In this document: positions 10,908-21,050 of the stretch, piece by piece
Layout of the letters: the number at the start of each line of letters is the position of its first letter
Numbering within the stretch: position 1 is the first letter of the stretch
Assembly: GCA_049942765.1 (NCBI GenBank)
Contig: CP188086.1
Location: 30,001-62,000 of the forward strand
Direction: 5' to 3'
Length of the DNA stretch: 32,000 nucleotides
Origin: Candidatus Saccharimonadota bacterium
GTDB taxonomy: Bacteria > Pseudomonadota > Gammaproteobacteria > Enterobacterales > Enterobacteriaceae
The notes under the pieces: generated by a model
The model's input: the letters and a program-made list of their open reading frames with translations, nothing else
What the model was told of the DNA's origin: nothing
The model's database searches: none
Program-made: the position numbers and the translations under genes

Positions 10908-11402
10908 GGATTCTCATTAAAACATTATTCTGATATACATATAGATGAGTAAAGAAAAAATAATTATATTATTACGTGAATAATGTTCATGTATGTTAAG
11001 AATGAGTATTCTATTTTTTGTATTAAGTATATTATACTGCTATAAAATATCATATTTTATTAATATTAATGTATTAATTATATATTTTTATATAGTGATT
11101 TATTTTTATATAAATATAACAAATATATTAATTCATTGATGAGAATTAATATATGTATAAATTATATTTTTAAAGATATTTTGCATAATAAATTTTTATT
11201 AAAATTAACATTGTAACATAATACAGTAAAATATAATTTATATTAATGGATGTTCAACTACTATTATTTAATAAATAGTGTATTAAATAATATGTTTTGA
11301 AATATATTCGTATTATTATTAATTAATATATGTTTAATTTTTATTTATTTATATTGTAATTTTTATATCTTCAATTCAATATAAATATTTTTGGAGTATT
11401 CC

Positions 11403-12293
11403 ATGTTTTGGAATCAAACAAATAATTTTCGATTTAAATTAAATCCTTATAAAAAGCATGGTAAACATAATAATAATGTATTAATGAGCATAAAAAGTAT
11501 ATCTTATAAATTTATAAATAAAATTTGTCTTTTTTTTATAGGTATAAAAAATAAATTACATTTTTTAAAATATGTTTATATTTTAAGTAAAAAAAAAAAT
11601 ATAGTTTTATATATGTTATTAATTATATTTTTTACATGGTTTTTAGGTGGTTTTTTTGTTGTTCATGTTAATGAACAAGGTGTAATTACTAATTTAGGTA
11701 AATATAGTTATATTTTAAAAAATGGTTGTTATTGGAGACCTAGGTTTATTACATCAATACATATTGTTGATATGAATAGTTCATATTTGTTGTCTGATGT
11801 ACATAATGTAATAACTGTAGAACATGATATAGTTAAAATATTAATAAAAGTGCATTATAAGATAATCAATCCTATACAATATTGTTTTTCCAGTGCTAAT
11901 CCTAAACGTATTTTGATTCAAAGTATTAATAATAAAATATATCATTTATCGCAACATGTATTTTTAAGGGATTTTTTTATTAATCATGGTACTATGTTTA
12001 ATAGTTTTATTAAAAATAGTATTCAAAACATAATTAATACATATCATTTAGGGGTTCAAATTATAGATATAGATTGTGCAAAGATGTCTTTTCCTAAATA
12101 TATGCATATGTATTGGAAAAAATCAATACTATCTAAAAAATATAAAGAGCAATGCATATTGAATGCTGAACATTATGCTGATCGAGTATTAGCTATAGCA
12201 CTTTATCATGCAAAAAAAATTTTACAAGAAGTAGAGTATTATAAAATACGAAAAATAGCAGAAATGAAGAGTAAAAGATTGCATATATTTTAA
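11403..12293 (+). CDS. hflK: FtsH modulator HflK, highly diverged and C-terminally truncated relative to E. coli
   Basis: ATG 11403 gives MFWNQ, against E. coli MAWNQ; the track's TTG 11391 is probably an over-extension. SPFH-domain collinearity is visible (FVVHVNEQGVITNLGKYS vs FYTIKESERGVVTRFGKFS; AKKILQEVEYYK vs AQRILEEARAYK). The ORF ends about 100 codons earlier than the 419-aa E. coli protein and is followed by a 206-nt gap before hflC, whereas the two genes abut in E. coli. Confidence 0.75.
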   Translation: MFWNQTNNFRFKLNPYKKHGKHNNNVLMSIKSISYKFINKICLFFIGIKNKLHFLKYVYILSKKKNIVLYMLLIIFFTWFLGGFFVVHVNEQGVITNLGKYSYILKNGCYWRPRFITSIHIVDMNSSYLLSDVHNVITVEHDIVKILIKVHYKIINPIQYCFSSANPKRILIQSINNKIYHLSQHVFLRDFFINHGTMFNSFIKNSIQNIINTYHLGVQIIDIDCAKMSFPKYMHMYWKKSILSKKYKEQCILNAEHYADRVLAIALYHAKKILQEVEYYKIRKIAEMKSKRLHIF

Positions 12294-12499
12294 ATTATTG
12301 TAAAACATATTTTTTTTTCATTGTATATTGATAGTCATAATTGATTTTTTAATCTCTAATATATAAATATTATTTAGTTATTCATAGAAACTGTTTATTA
12401 GTTATATTTAATAATGCGGTTGTGTATTAATACTGCATTATAAAATAAATTTATAATTGTTTTTTTATTTTTGATTGAATAATATGATTTATTACAGAG
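12294..12499 (+). pseudogene. hflK: Probable decayed 3' portion of hflK, in-frame and riddled with stop codons
   Basis: Continuing the hflK frame past TAA 12291-12293 gives IIVKHIFFSLYIDSHN*FFNL*YINII*LFIETVY*LYLIMRLCIN. LFIETVY*LYLIMR (12378-12419) resembles the conserved E. coli HflK segment LYIETMEKVLGNTR. The residues involved are AT-codon-rich, so chance similarity is possible. Confidence 0.4.
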
Positions 12500-12505
12500 G
12501 TGTAT

Positions 12506-13369
12506 ATGAGTATTAATAAATTTTTTTTTATGTTTTTTTGTACTATATGTGTATGTTTATTTTCATCAATTTTTATTGTAGAAGAAGGAAAACGTGTTAT
12601 TTTATGTAGATTAGATCATCCTATTATACATCATAAAAATAAAACAACAGTATATCTACCTGGTATTCATATTAAAATACCATATTTAGAATCAATAAAA
12701 ACGTTTGACGCTCGTATTCAAAGTATTGATAATAAAAATCAATGGTTTCATACTAAAGACAAAAAAAGTATATGTATTTCGTCTTATATTCAATGGAAGA
12801 TTGTTAATTTTAATCAATATTATATTTCTCATATAAGTAATTCTAGTAAACAATTGGAATTATTTTTGGTTCATTGGTTAAACCATGCGTTATGTAACTT
12901 TATTATTTCTTTAAATTTTAATGAAATTAATTCTCATGTTTTAAATTCTTTTTTGTTAAAAAATAAGATATATTCATCATCATTATTGAAAAACCATCAA
13001 GTAAAAGGTGATAATTCAACAAAAAAAAATAATATTGGTAGCAATTCATTATTTCGTGTAGTAGATCATATACATGCTATATCGTCACTTGATACATTTA
13101 AAAAAAATTATAATAAGTTGTTAGGTATTAAAATTTTAAATATTAAAATAAGTGGAATTATGGTAAATGAAGAAAATATGAGCAAAGAATATTTTTATAT
13201 TAATGACAGATATAAAAAAAATATTTATAGTAATTATTTTTATGGATTTAAAATTTCTAAAAAAATTAGATCTTTAGTTCATGCTCAAGCTAATGAAATT
13301 ATATCTTCAGTTAAACGAGAAGTTATTCGTTTAAAACGTAAAATTGATAAGATGTATTGTTTGATGTAA
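12506..13369 (+). CDS. hflC: FtsH modulator HflC, highly diverged, with the C-terminus displaced into another frame
   Basis: ATG 12506 lies 5 nt after AGAGG (12496-12500); the track's GTG 12500 is less likely. FIVEEGKRVI...VYLPGIHIKIPYLESIKTFDARIQSIDN matches E. coli HflC FVVKEGERGI...VYEPGLHFKIPFIETVKMLDARIQTMDN. The ORF stops at the position equivalent to about residue 290 of the 334-aa E. coli protein. Confidence 0.7.
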   Translation: MSINKFFFMFFCTICVCLFSSIFIVEEGKRVILCRLDHPIIHHKNKTTVYLPGIHIKIPYLESIKTFDARIQSIDNKNQWFHTKDKKSICISSYIQWKIVNFNQYYISHISNSSKQLELFLVHWLNHALCNFIISLNFNEINSHVLNSFLLKNKIYSSSLLKNHQVKGDNSTKKNNIGSNSLFRVVDHIHAISSLDTFKKNYNKLLGIKILNIKISGIMVNEENMSKEYFYINDRYKKNIYSNYFYGFKISKKIRSLVHAQANEIISSVKREVIRLKRKIDKMYCLM

Positions 13370-13578
13370 TTCATAAAATATTTTGTGTTTTATTTATTAA
13401 TATTGAAAATTATTTTTTGTTAAAAAAAATAAATAATTTATGTAATAGTTATAAATTTTTAATAATTGGTTTCTTATTCATTATAATAATTTTATTATTT
13501 TATGATATTACTCATTTATGTAAAAAAATAATATTTTTTAAATATTGGATATTTGTATTAGTAAAATTTATAAAATAA
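13357..13578 (+). pseudogene. hflC: Frameshifted C-terminal remnant of hflC, listed in the ORF track as an independent 73-aa ORF
   Basis: This frame reads (L)FDVIHKIFCVLFINIENYF, compared with E. coli HflC C-terminus LFADAFSKDPDFYAFIRSLRAYENSF. Matches are LF, D, K, FI and ENxF, collinear and positioned directly after the main-frame alignment (R19 and D29 equivalents). It overlaps the hflC stop by 13 nt in a different frame. Confidence 0.45.
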
Positions 13579-13642
13579 TAAAATTTATAATTATTATTTG
13601 TAGTGTTTGTGTATCTGTATACATAATTAATTGAGATATTAA

Positions 13643-14950
<1,308 letters not shown>

Positions 14951-15159
14951 TAACAATTATATAAAATATATATTTTTCATATAGTTATTTATAAAATGAT
15001 TATTTTATTTTTTTAGTGTCTTTAAGTCTATATTTTTGGTTAGATCATGTAATATTAAGTAATTTTTATACTTAATGGAAATATAATGACTAATTTTTAG
15101 TTATAAACTACTATTATATAGTAATATATTAATATATTAGTTTTTTCTTGAAAAAAACA

Positions 15160-17313
15160 ATGAAAAAAAGCGATAAAGTGATACCTAATTCAAGATCTGT
15201 ATATTTATGGTTATATAAGCATAAAAAATCTATTAGTAAAGTGAATTTAGAAAAAATATTTGGTATCAACAATAACATAAAAAGAATTTCGTTTTATTGT
15301 TTATTAAAATCAATGGAACGTAATGCTATTATTGTATTAACAAAAGATGGATACTGTACTTTACCTGAGTTTTGTAATTATTTTTCTGGCTTTATTATAG
15401 GTCATAGAGATGGTTATGGATTTTTAAGAAGTACTAGTTTTTCTAAACAGGATATTTGGATTTCTGTTGAGAATATGAAATTATGTATTCATGGAGATTT
15501 TGTATTAGCGTCCAATAATTTTGTAACTAGTAAAAATAAAATAGAAACACATATTATTAAAGTTTTAAAACCAAATTTAATGGAAATTATTGGTTTTTGT
15601 GTTTTCAAAAAACAAAAAGTATTTGTTTTTCCTTATGATAGTCGTTTTACTTTTACAATTTTAATCATTCGTGGTTTTAAAAACGTTTTACATGGATCAA
15701 TTGTATCTGTACAGTTGTTACGACGACCAGTACATCATGTTCAAGCATTAGGTAAGGTTACTGAAATTTTAGGTAATGTTATGAATATTAATTTAGCGAT
15801 TAATATTGCCATTCGTACTCATTCAATTTCTAATAGTTGGAATAAAGGTATTGATAAAGAACTGTCTTATATTAGAACAAAAATATCAGATCAATGTATT
15901 AAAGATCGTATAGATTTAAGATGTTTACCATTTATAACTATTGATGATGAGGGAGCTAGTGATTTTGATGATGCAATTTTTTGTCATAAAGTAAATTATA
16001 TGACATGGAATTTAAAAATTGCTATTTCTGATGTGAGCTATTATGTACCTCCAGGTAGTGCTTTAGATAAAGAAGCTCAAAAAAGAGGGAATTCAATTTA
16101 TTTTCCTTCACTTACTGTACCTATGTTACCAAAAAAACTTTCTAATAATGTGTGTTCATTATTACCTGATGTTGATAGACTAGTATTAGTATGTGATATA
16201 CATCTATCTTTAGAAGGGGTAATTATTTCTTATTCTCATTATGAGGCTGTTATTTGTTCACATAATCGATTTACATATTATGAAGTTTATAACATTTGGA
16301 AAGGTGATGTTGATTTAATTGATCAGTATAAACATATGAATGTCATATTAGATAATTTAAAAAAGTTATATGAGTGTTTATATTTTTCTAAATGTTTTAA
16401 TAAAAGTATTGCATTTAAGATTGATGAACCTAAATTTATTTTAGGTATTAATGGAACTATAAAAAAAATTTATAAATCTTCTGCTAATGCAGCGCATCAA
16501 TTAGTTGAATTTTGTATGATACTAGCTAATTCTGCATCAGCAATGTTTTTAGAAAAATTTAAAGAACCTGCTCTTTTTCGTGATCATGATCCTCCTACAA
16601 TAAATAGTGTATTGAAATTAAAATTAATATTAAAAGAATTAAACATAAATTGGTTGCATTCTGATATACCTACGGCAGTAGATTACAATAATTTATTAAA
16701 GAATATTTCTAATAGATCAGATTATGCTGTAATTCAAATATTATTATTAAGATCGATGAAACCAGCTGTGTATGATTGTAATAATAGAGGACATTTTGGT
16801 TTATCTTTGTTATCGTATACACATTTTACTTCTCCAATTCGTCGTTACACTGATTTAGTGTTGCATCGTTCTATTAAATATTTATTAAAACGTCATGTAA
16901 ATCATTTTAGTAAATTGAATTCCTTAGTAGGTAATCATCATTATCGTAAGTATGAAATTAAGAAGTTAGCAAAGATATGTTCTATTAATGAAAAGCGTTC
17001 TGATGAAGCAGTAAGAGATGTAGTAGATTGGTTAAAATGTGATTTTATGAATACTAAAATCAATTCTATTTTTTATGGTATGGTTATTAACATTACTCAT
17101 TCAGGGTGTTTTATTCGTTTGAATAATATTTTAATTGATGTTTTTTTAAATGTTAGTAAATTAAATAATGATAAATACATTTTTAATTCTAAAAAACATA
17201 TATTAGTAGGTCAACATACTGGATTTAAATTTCGTTTAGGTGATCTTTTAAAAGTATGTATTAAATCTGTAAATATGTTAGATTCTAAAATAGAAGTAGT
17301 ATTAGCACCATAA
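15160..17313 (+). CDS. rnr: Ribonuclease R (VacB)
   Basis: ATG 15160 is preferred over the track's TTG 15148. GHRDGYGFLR, ITIDDEGASDFDDAIFC, NSIYFPSLTVPMLP, GHFGLSLLSYTHFTSPIRRYTDLVLHRSIKYLL and VVDWLKCDFM are all collinear with E. coli RNase R. It ends after the S1 domain and lacks the Lys-rich tail. Confidence 0.93.
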   Translation: MKKSDKVIPNSRSVYLWLYKHKKSISKVNLEKIFGINNNIKRISFYCLLKSMERNAIIVLTKDGYCTLPEFCNYFSGFIIGHRDGYGFLRSTSFSKQDIWISVENMKLCIHGDFVLASNNFVTSKNKIETHIIKVLKPNLMEIIGFCVFKKQKVFVFPYDSRFTFTILIIRGFKNVLHGSIVSVQLLRRPVHHVQALGKVTEILGNVMNINLAINIAIRTHSISNSWNKGIDKELSYIRTKISDQCIKDRIDLRCLPFITIDDEGASDFDDAIFCHKVNYMTWNLKIAISDVSYYVPPGSALDKEAQKRGNSIYFPSLTVPMLPKKLSNNVCSLLPDVDRLVLVCDIHLSLEGVIISYSHYEAVICSHNRFTYYEVYNIWKGDVDLIDQYKHMNVILDNLKKLYECLYFSKCFNKSIAFKIDEPKFILGINGTIKKIYKSSANAAHQLVEFCMILANSASAMFLEKFKEPALFRDHDPPTINSVLKLKLILKELNINWLHSDIPTAVDYNNLLKNISNRSDYAVIQILLLRSMKPAVYDCNNRGHFGLSLLSYTHFTSPIRRYTDLVLHRSIKYLLKRHVNHFSKLNSLVGNHHYRKYEIKKLAKICSINEKRSDEAVRDVVDWLKCDFMNTKINSIFYGMVINITHSGCFIRLNNILIDVFLNVSKLNNDKYIFNSKKHILVGQHTGFKFRLGDLLKVCIKSVNMLDSKIEVVLAP

Positions 17314-17557
17314 TTTATAGATGATATTATTCAACAGGTTATTAACAATAATATTTGAATATATTTATTTTAATGTATTTCGATATTGTTAGGGCATTTA
17401 AGGATAATAATTTTATTATATTGTTTAAATATATTATCATATTTTAAATATTATATAAGTTTATGTGTAGTATATAAAATTTAATATATATTAAAATTTT
17501 TAATGATATTAAATAAATTTAAAGTAAGTACATTATTTATAAGGAAAAATGTTTAAT

Positions 17558-17914
17558 ATGCGAAATTATGAAATTGTTCTTTTGATTCATCCTGATCATA
17601 GTGATAAAGTTAGCAACATGATTGAGAAATATAAAAAGATGATTACAAAACATAATGGTAAAATTTATCGTTTAGAAGATTGGGGAAAAAAACAATTAGC
17701 ATATTCAATTAATAAATTACATAAAGCACATTATATATTAATGAATATTCTTGTAGAATCTAATACTATTGGAGATTTAGAAAAAATTTTTCGGTTTGAT
17801 GATTTAATTATTCGTAATATAATTTTATTTATGAAAGATCCTATAACACATGCCTCACCTATGTTAACTGTTAAAGAAGACAACAAATTTGATATAGATA
17901 TCAACATAAACTAA
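17558..17914 (+). CDS. rpsF: 30S ribosomal protein S6
   Basis: [18 protein letters not shown]...[26 protein letters not shown] matches E. coli S6 MRHYEIVFMVHPDQSEQV...[26 protein letters not shown]. The alternative in-frame ATG at 17549 lies 3 nt after AAGGA. Confidence 0.93.
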   Translation: [118 protein letters not shown]

Positions 17915-17937
17915 TTGATAATAGATGATTTTTATAA

Positions 17938-18240
<303 letters not shown>

Positions 18241-18285
18241 TGATAGCATTTTTGTTTTATTTTTTAAAATATTATAGGTGAATGT

Positions 18286-18732
18286 ATGAAAGTAATTTTA
18301 TTAGAACAAATGGATAATCTTGGTCATATTGGTACGTTATTAAATGTTAAATCTGGTTATGCTCGTAATTTTTTGATTCCTACAGGTAAGGCTATAATAG
18401 GTAATAAAGAAAATATTAAATTCTTATCGATGCAAAAATCTAAATTAAAAGCAGAAAAAATTCATCAGTTGTCTATGGCGAAGGAACGAGCTAATAGAAT
18501 TCTTAATTTTGGTTTAATTGATATTAAAGTAAAATCTGGAGAAGAAGGTAAATTATTTGGTTCTATTGGATCTAAAGATATAGCAGCTAGTATTCTTGCT
18601 TTAGGTGAATCAATTGATAGAAAAGAAATAAAATTACCTAATGGTTTAATAAAAAATATTGGAATTCATGAAATATTATTTCAACCAAATTCTGAATATG
18701 TTGTACCTATTAAAATTAATATTATTTCGTAA
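18286..18732 (+). CDS. rplI: 50S ribosomal protein L9
   Basis: MKVILLEQMDNLGHIGTLLNVKSGYARNFLIPTGKA matches E. coli L9 [36 protein letters not shown]. The gene order rpsF-rpsR-rplI is retained. Confidence 0.95.
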   Translation: MKVILLEQMDNLGHIGTLLNVKSGYARNFLIPTGKAIIGNKENIKFLSMQKSKLKAEKIHQLSMAKERANRILNFGLIDIKVKSGEEGKLFGSIGSKDIAASILALGESIDRKEIKLPNGLIKNIGIHEILFQPNSEYVVPIKINIIS

Positions 18733-18835
18733 TTTTAATTGTAATTACATATAGTTGAGTTATTTTTATATAGTTTTTTTCAATATAAAAACGTGTATAT
18801 TAAATGGAATGTGATTAATATTTTAAGGAAAACAA

Positions 18836-19579
18836 ATGTTTTCATATTTATCATCTTTAATTCGAACTGCAGGGGCATCAATAAGAAAAATTTATTTTAA
18901 CACTGTTTTTAAAGATGTTTCTTATAAAATTGATAAATCACCAGTAACAGAAGCAGATATGGTTGCACATGAAATTATTGTTAATGGTTTGGAAAAATTA
19001 ACTCCTGGTGTTCCTATTTTATCTGAAGAAAATTATTCTAAAACATATGATTATTCATATTGGAATGAATATTGGTTGGTAGATCCTTTAGATGGAACTA
19101 AAGAATTTATTAATAATAATCATCAATTTACTGTAAATATTGCATTGATTAAGCAAGGTATTCCTATTTTAGGTTTTATATATGTACCTGTTTTTGATAC
19201 ATTGTATTATTCTATTAATGGGTTGTCTTGGAAAATTACAAAAGAAAAAAAAAAAATTCAAGTTAACAATCTTATACCTCCTACAATATGTATTAGTAAA
19301 TCACATAGTGATGAGAGAGTGTTAAATTTCATTAATACTTTCGAAGATTCTAAAATTGTAAAAGCGGGATCGTCTATAAAATTTTGTTGGTTGGCAGAAG
19401 GAAAAATTCAATTATATCCTCGTTTTGGACCAACTGCTATATGGGATACTGCGGCAGGTCATGTTATTTTGGTTAATGCTGGTGGTTATGTTAGAAATAT
19501 TCATGATCAAAAAAGTTTAGATTACACATTATCTTTAAATAATTATTTAAATGCTGGTTTTATTGCTTCATCAAGTTAA
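18836..19579 (+). CDS. cysQ: 3'(2'),5'-bisphosphate nucleotidase CysQ
   Basis: SPVTEADMVAH...PILSEE...YWLVDPLDGTKEFI...FTVNIALI...LYPRFGPTAIWDTAAGH matches E. coli CysQ (SPVTAADIAAH, YWLVDPLDGTKEFI, LYPRFGPTNIWDTAAGH). Confidence 0.9.
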   Translation: MFSYLSSLIRTAGASIRKIYFNTVFKDVSYKIDKSPVTEADMVAHEIIVNGLEKLTPGVPILSEENYSKTYDYSYWNEYWLVDPLDGTKEFINNNHQFTVNIALIKQGIPILGFIYVPVFDTLYYSINGLSWKITKEKKKIQVNNLIPPTICISKSHSDERVLNFINTFEDSKIVKAGSSIKFCWLAEGKIQLYPRFGPTAIWDTAAGHVILVNAGGYVRNIHDQKSLDYTLSLNNYLNAGFIASSS

Positions 19580-19830
19580 TGTTTTTTTGTATAAATATTA
19601 ATTTTATATAAATACTTTTAACAGATTAGCATCTGTACTATTAAATAGTAGTGATTGAAATATGTTATTTATTAAATATCTTTTTAAAAGATTTTATTTT
19701 TGATAAAGTAATTCTATTATTATATAGTTTATTCAAAAATTTATTAATTTTTAGTTTATAATTTTTATTATATATAGTATTGTACATGTTTAATATGGTG
19801 TTAATCATATCTGTATATAATAAAATTATA

Positions 19831-20292
19831 ATGAATAAAATTGACTGTATATTATTAGATCCTAGAATAGGAAAAGATTTTCCATATCCTCAATATGCCA
19901 CTAATGGGTCTTCAGGTTTAGATTTAAGAGCGTGTATACATCAAGATAAAATATTGGTTCCTAATGAAACATATTTATTACCGACTGGAATAGCTATTTA
20001 TATAGCTGATTCTTCTATTACTGCTATGATTTTACCACGTTCAGGTTTAGGTCATAAACATGGAATTGTCTTAGGTAATTTAGTGGGATTAATAGATTCT
20101 GATTATCAAGGGGAATTATTTGTGTCAATTTGGAATCGTGGACATCATGTGTTTACGGTGAGCCCTGGTGATAGGATCGCGCAAATTGTATTTGTTCCTA
20201 TTATTCGTGTTCAATTAAATCTAGTGAATAAATTTTTTAGTAAAAATACAGTGAGAGGTACTAACGGATTTGGATCTTCAGGATTGAAGTAA
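19831..20292 (+). CDS. dut: dUTP diphosphatase
   Basis: ATG 19831 gives [35 protein letters not shown], matching E. coli Dut [35 protein letters not shown]. The track's TTG 19780 adds 17 non-homologous codons. Confidence 0.93.
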   Translation: MNKIDCILLDPRIGKDFPYPQYATNGSSGLDLRACIHQDKILVPNETYLLPTGIAIYIADSSITAMILPRSGLGHKHGIVLGNLVGLIDSDYQGELFVSIWNRGHHVFTVSPGDRIAQIVFVPIIRVQLNLVNKFFSKNTVRGTNGFGSSGLK

Positions 20293-20306
20293 TTAATTAT
20301 TTTTTA

Positions 20307-20336
20307 TAGCCCTTATTGATCCTTCGATAAGGGCTA
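20307..20336. terminator. Perfect 10-bp inverted repeat (TAGCCCTTAT / ATAAGGGCTA) with a 10-nt loop, between convergent dut and ibpA
   Basis: Read directly: tagcccttat(20307-20316) tgatccttcg ataagggcta(20327-20336). It is a local GC island in a nearly G/C-free spacer. A T5 run precedes it on the + strand, but no canonical U-tract follows it in either transcript orientation, so the terminator role is tentative. Confidence 0.4.
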
Positions 20337-20385
20337 GGATGATTGTGTGTAATTAAAATATATAAATGTTAGTTATTGATATAAT

Positions 20386-20871
20386 TTATTTTATTGAATG
20401 AATTACTTTTTTTTCTAAGTCGTTAGTTTTAATTTTTATTTTTTTTGGTTTTTCTTCTTCTGGTATATAATATTCAAAATTTATATGTAATAAACCAAGT
20501 GATAAGTCTGCTTTTTTAACTTCGATTTGATAATTTAAATTAAAATTAATAGAAAAGTTATTTATCTTAAAGCCTTGATGGATAAATTTCATTTCTTGTT
20601 TTACAATGTTTTTATTGTCAATATTTTTTTTTCCAGTAATAGATAATTGATTTTTATGAACAGAAATGTCTAACTCATTCTCTTGATATCCTGGAATACT
20701 AATAACAAGTTGATATAATAAATCATTTATTTTTATAAAATTATAAGCAGGCATATATGATGTAGATGATTCTCCAGTAATAGTACTAAATATTTTGTCT
20801 ATTTGATTTAATCTATCAGATAATGTGTTATTGTTATATTCAGGAAGAAGAGTAAATGAACGGTAAGGCAT
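20386..20871 (-). CDS. ibpA: Small heat-shock protein IbpA (alpha-crystallin family)
   Basis: 161-aa ORF. PAYNFIKINDLLYQLVISIPGYQENELDISVHKNQLSITGKK is collinear with E. coli IbpA [45 protein letters not shown] SD lies 6 nt upstream of the ATG (complement of 20877-20880). Confidence 0.92.
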   Translation of the reverse strand: MPYRSFTLLPEYNNNTLSDRLNQIDKIFSTITGESSTSYMPAYNFIKINDLLYQLVISIPGYQENELDISVHKNQLSITGKKNIDNKNIVKQEMKFIHQGFKINNFSINFNLNYQIEVKKADLSLGLLHINFEYYIPEEEKPKKIKIKTNDLEKKVIHSIK

Positions 20872-20957
20872 ATTATCTCCTAATTAGTTATTAATTAAAT
20901 ATAAAATATATATTATTTGAAAGTTATGAAATTAATTTTGTTATTTCTTTATCTATT

Positions 20958-20985
20958 AAATAAGGTTATATTTATTTTTTTTCAA
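20958..20985 (-). promoter_or_regulatory. Candidate sigma32 (heat-shock) promoter of ibpA
   Basis: The minus strand reads TTGAAA (20985-20980), a 14-nt spacer, then CCTTATTT (20965-20958). The E. coli sigma32 consensus is TTGAAA-N13-15-CCCCATNT, so this is 6/6 and 6/8. It lies about 87 nt upstream of the ibpA ATG. Confidence 0.35.
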
Positions 20986-21050
20986 TATTAACTAATAATA
21001 TTTTTAATAAGTAATTAAATATTTATATTCATGAAATGGAATAAATATGT

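Noticed and set aside
10945-11110. A possible hfq relic just after miaA. An AAGGA SD overlaps the miaA stop. ATG 10945 then reads MSKEKIIILLRE*CSCMLRMSILFFVLSILYCYKISYF in one frame, with ordered matches to E. coli Hfq: MAKGQ, LRRE, VPVS, IESF..FVILL, VYKHAIS.
   Set aside because: The matches are almost all I/L/F/Y/K residues, which AT-rich DNA yields by chance. The alignment needs about six separate deletions that all preserve the frame, which is unlikely for a pseudogene. hfq (and hflX) loss is, to my knowledge, ancient in Buchnera, so a recognisable relic is not expected. It is worth a profile search, but I do not call it.
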